Below, piece after piece: positions 33,843-37,785 of a DNA stretch of 37,785 bases. Source of the DNA: Octopus bimaculoides (lineage: Eukaryota); the NCBI RefSeq assembly GCF_001194135.2, contig NC_068982.1, positions 84,951,428 through 84,989,212 on the forward strand, in the 5' to 3' direction. The position numbers were made by a program, and so were the translations under genes. Numbering within the stretch: position 1 is the stretch's first letter; every line of letters begins with the position of its first letter. The notes beneath the pieces were generated by a model, which was not told the DNA's origin, ran no database searches, and saw only the letters and a program-made list of their open reading frames with translations.

Positions 33843-34914
33843 TGTAATACTTCGACCGTGCGAACCAAAGGAGATGGCGATGTAGACGGGAAAAGGCTCC
33901 TTTTTACCACGTCACACGGTCGAACACAAAAATAAAGATATATATATAAGATAGAAGAAGGCTCCTCGTAAGAGAATACGAGCCCTAGTGCCAGTAATAG
34001 AACTTAGGACAAACTCAACCGTTAGATATATAATGAGAATACGTTTATTAACATAGTGAAACTGTTTGTGTCTGTGTGTGCGTGCATGCGACATATATAA
34101 TTGACACAGTAGATAAGTCAGGCCTTTTGATACAAGAGAAGGTATACAACAATGTGAAGTGACAGACAGTCATATAAACAATAGTGTGTGTACAATATGT
34201 GTGTGTGTGTGAGGAACACAAGGAGATAGAATGAGTGCCTGTAGCATAGACGGTAAAAAGTCTTCAAACACTGAGATAGAGAAAACCAGTTAGTATAAGA
34301 GTTACACAAGATTTAGAATGTTCATATGCAGGAAGTTGTGGTCAAGGAGCAGAGCTGTAGTATCACACTATGTGTGTTGAGCGTCGGATGCTGCGACCTG
34401 TGTTACCTGGTATAGTATATTCTGGCTGGTTAGTTCTGACTGTTGTTCGTGAGTGGAAACAATCCACTCAACAGCGTAGAGATAAAACCGCTCTTGTTGA
34501 TGTTGGTGTGTCCCTGGTGGTGGGGTTGCTGGCGCACAACATTGTGGTAGTCAGTAGGTTGGTGTTGCTGGCGTCGGCGCTGGAACTGGCTGTAGCTGTG
34601 TTCTGTATATGTGTGGTCAACGACCAGACCTGTGTGAGATTTGAAGCCGCGACAAAGTGGCGCGGATTAAAGCAGACTATTTATAGGTACAATGAGACTC
34701 CAGAAAGCATCAGAAAACACTCTTTCACGTGACCTTATTAGATGGCCACGATTGGTCGGTTTGCACCCTGGCGCAAAAGGACTGGAGACAATTGCTGCGC
34801 AAATAATAGTCAGTCAGGTGATGGATAACAGCCGGGTCCAAGGCGAGAAAGAGAGATGTTACCTGCTACGTTCGCATTTGTAAATAAATAACGGAGAGAG
34901 GTGGTTTCACTACA
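33843..34914 (-). mobile_element. Probable solo LTR (Gypsy-like), 1072 bp
   Basis: TGTA...TACA termini with TATG on both flanks (33839-42 and 34915-18, a 4-bp TSD). On the minus strand a TATAAATA box lies at about 34678-85 and AATAAA at about 34043-48. GC- and CpG-richer than its flanks. Confidence 0.6.
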
Positions 34915-35704
34915 TATGTATTTAGATGGTTTTTTACATTGACCGTATTGAATTTATTTTGTTTATCGTTTTGTTTATATAAACAGAAAAATAGTTACCT
35001 CCCCTGCATTCTAATGCTCATATTTAAAATATGTAGTTTGAATTAATATATATAAATAATGTTCTAATATAAATAGATATATGCGTGTATGAATTGTATA
35101 TGTATGTAAATTGTAATATATATACATATNNNNNNNNNNNNNNNNNNNNNNNNNNNNNNNNNNNNNNNNNNNNNNNNNNNNNNNNNNNNNNNNNNNNNNN
35201 NNNNNNNNNNNNNNNNNNNNNNATATATATATATATATATATAACTAAACTTGTGTATACACGTACGTGTGTGTGTGTGTATATGCATACATAAATGATA
35301 GGTGTATATATATATATACAAGTATATATAAATATGTTTATACATAAACTGGTTATAGAACAGATTAGTTATAGATTTAAAGCTATGAATTTACAAAATT
35401 TCAGTTAGATTATTTACTTATTTATGATTAAGCTTCTTAGTACAGAGTCTTTATATATATAAAGATTTACAAATTATAAATATTTTCATTTGTTATTTTT
35501 TGTCAAACAGTTAAGAAGGTATGTTAATCTGATGAAGCATCATTACATATTTAAACGGATCTGATTATTCTTAAAAAACTTTGTTTTATTAAGGTAGTGG
35601 AAACAGCTGTAATTTATCAGATGTGTCATTTGTTTGTATAAAATATTTAAATTGAATTGAATTTATAATTGCTCAATTTATTGCTTTGTTTTTCCATTTC
35701 TGAT

Positions 35705-35912
35705 TTCATCATAATCATCATAGTTTAACGTCCGCTTTCCATGCTAGCATGGGTTGGACAATTTGACTGAGGACTGGTGGACCAGATGGCTACACCAGGC
35801 TCCAATCTGATTTGGCAGAGTTTCTACAGCTGGATGCTCTTCCTAACGCCAACCACTCTGAGAGTGTAGTGGATGCTTTTACATGCCACCAGCACGACGG
35901 CCAGTCAGGTGA
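35705..35912 (-). mobile_element. RTE-type 3' tail fragment
   Basis: TTTAACGTCCGCTTTCCATGCTAGCATGGGTTGGAC...GCCACCAGCAC...CCAGTCAGG, homologous to 1240-1370 and 16365-16520. Confidence 0.85.
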
Positions 35913-36129
35913 AGCTGCATGTTTATTTTATTTACCTATAAAAGAAACGTTCTTATTGATATAGGTAACATAAACCAGTAAATTATTTGGATATTTAATA
36001 TCCCTTAGGTATATTTTGCAGTAAGCTCTCAAGTAGGAATTTCCAGTTACTATTTATGCCACTAGTCTGTAGCCCCTCCTCCCTAATGATTAGTCTGTGC
36101 TGGGGGGTGGGGGGTTAGATTCTTCAAGA

Positions 36130-37420
36130 GGGAGGGTTTTTGTATTTAAGAGATGCATCCTGCTGTCTGGTGAGGATGAAATCAATCTGGCTTGCAGAGA
36201 TGCCTGAATGATAGGTTATCAGGTGGCTGTCTGGCTTACTGAAGTTGGTGTTGCACATTAATAGGTTGCTTACATAACAGAATTCCAGTAGTCCAGTTCC
36301 CTGTTTTGGGAATCAATTCCATGGCCTCCATGAACACCATGGAAGATACTAGATTGCTGTCTGACATGCCCATTAAAATCTCCAGCCACAAAGATGAGTT
36401 CATTGCCATTCATCTTTGAGGTAGCCTATAGAAGGATATCATAAATGTGGTCCTTCTTATCATTTGGTAGGCCCGCTTGTCGGGCGTAGGCAGGGATAAT
36501 TGTAGCCTGAGCTGAAGCACTCTATCGCACAACCTGACTATCTCTATGTATCTTATCTACCCATTTCTCTGCAAGGTGTATGCCTACACCACCTACTACA
36601 TCACTGTTACTTGCCCAGAAGATTTTATATCTATGTCTTGCCTGTGAGGACCCTAGCTGAAGCTCCTCTCCACCTTGCCTCTTGTATGCAGCATACATCA
36701 ACACATATCCATTCAAGCATCTCTACAATCTCACTAGACCTACCTTTCAATATGCCTACATTGACAGTGCCAACTCTAAAAATTGGGAAAGGAACAAGAG
36801 AGGAGGCATGGGAAGAGATGTTATTCAGCGCCTGAAAAGAATGTTTCTATGTTTGTTTGATAGACATGCTACACCTGTTCTCACTTTTGACCTGTCATCA
36901 GTCAAAAATTCAAGCATATTAAGATTGTTGCACCTACCAGGGGTAGGAGTAAGTGTTAGCAGCATTGTAAGTGTAAGCATTATGAACATCGTAAATTTAA
37001 GCATTACTAGTGCTGCAGGTATAAGAATAAATAAATAAAATATGAATATCAATATGCCAATGTTAGATTAAGTAGGTGGGCTGCTAAACTAGACTAACTT
37101 GCATTAGTCCTGGGAGAGAGAGAGGGAAAGGAGGGAGGCGAAATTGCAGGTATTACAGAGGATACCACCAGTGAGGGAAGGGGTTTCTGGTGAGAGAAGA
37201 GAAATATCCAGTATTAGTGGTGGGGCAGGAATGGGTGGGTGCACCATGAACAAGCAAGGGTTATTTAGGAGACAGTATGAAACAATATGTAACCAACAAG
37301 GAAACACAGGAGGAAAAGAAAACTAAGGGCATTAGAGAGATTTCATTTGGAAATTACATGAATAATTAAGGAGAAAACTAAGGCTGGGAGTGAGAGATTA
37401 GGAAGTTATATACTGAAGAG
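36130..37420 (-). mobile_element. RTE LINE 5' part (AP endonuclease and upstream region)
   Basis: VGTVNVG.LKGRS.EIV..L...YAAYKRQGGEELQ...RYKIFWASNSDVVGGVGIHLAEKWVDKI, homologous to 19170-19860. The left and right limits are approximate. Confidence 0.82.
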
Positions 37421-37649
37421 TCAATTTAAATAATTAGCTTACAAAAGTACCTATCAGTAATGATGCATATTAGTAATGAATGAATGAAAAGTTGGAAAAA
37501 ATGAGAGAATATCTTAGCTTAGCAGTGGTGCATAACTGTGTACCAATAGATACCAACACTGGGATGAGGTGCATGAAAATCTGAGAGGGGAAGATATGTA
37601 GAAGGTATTTTTATATATATGCTAAAACCAGAAGTGAACATTATGAATG

Positions 37650-37687
<38 letters not shown>

Positions 37688-37785
37688 GGGCATATACATA
37701 TGCATATATATGTATATACATATATATGCAAAGATACAGAGATTAAGCGATGATGATGCATATATGTATATGTATATATATATAT

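Noticed and set aside
34370-34732. 120-aa plus-strand ORF
   Set aside because: It lies antisense within the probable LTR, has a GTG/TG-rich low-complexity composition, and shows no recognisable motif.
3428-37761. Many ORF-track entries rich in YI/HT/CV repeats or X
   Set aside because: These are translations of (TA)n/(CA)n microsatellites and N gaps, or antisense frames of LINEs.

Overview
AT-rich eukaryotic (animal) genomic DNA with assembly gaps and dense (TA)n/(CA)n/(GA)n microsatellites. The repeat content (RTE LINEs with (GAT)n tails, tRNA-derived SINEs, Penelope-like elements) looks most like a coleoid cephalopod such as Octopus; this is an inference from recognised repeat types, not a database result. 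The only host gene found is MAP3K4/MEKK4 on the minus strand. Six GT-AG exons (27253-27468, 21245-21315, 15455-15577, 14397-14556, 13052-13171, 12376-12482) splice in frame into most of the kinase domain. I found neither the upstream exons nor the terminal exon(s). Nearly everything else is transposon-derived: RTE LINEs (one near full length), SINEs, a CR1/L2/Jockey-like fragment, a mariner remnant, a probable solo LTR, and four Penelope-like (PLE) GIY-YIG fragments. The most notable signal is a recurring architecture of long inverted or tandem repeats carrying type I hammerhead-ribozyme folds. One fold (32973-33034, +) has a complete catalytic core; about six others are degenerate.
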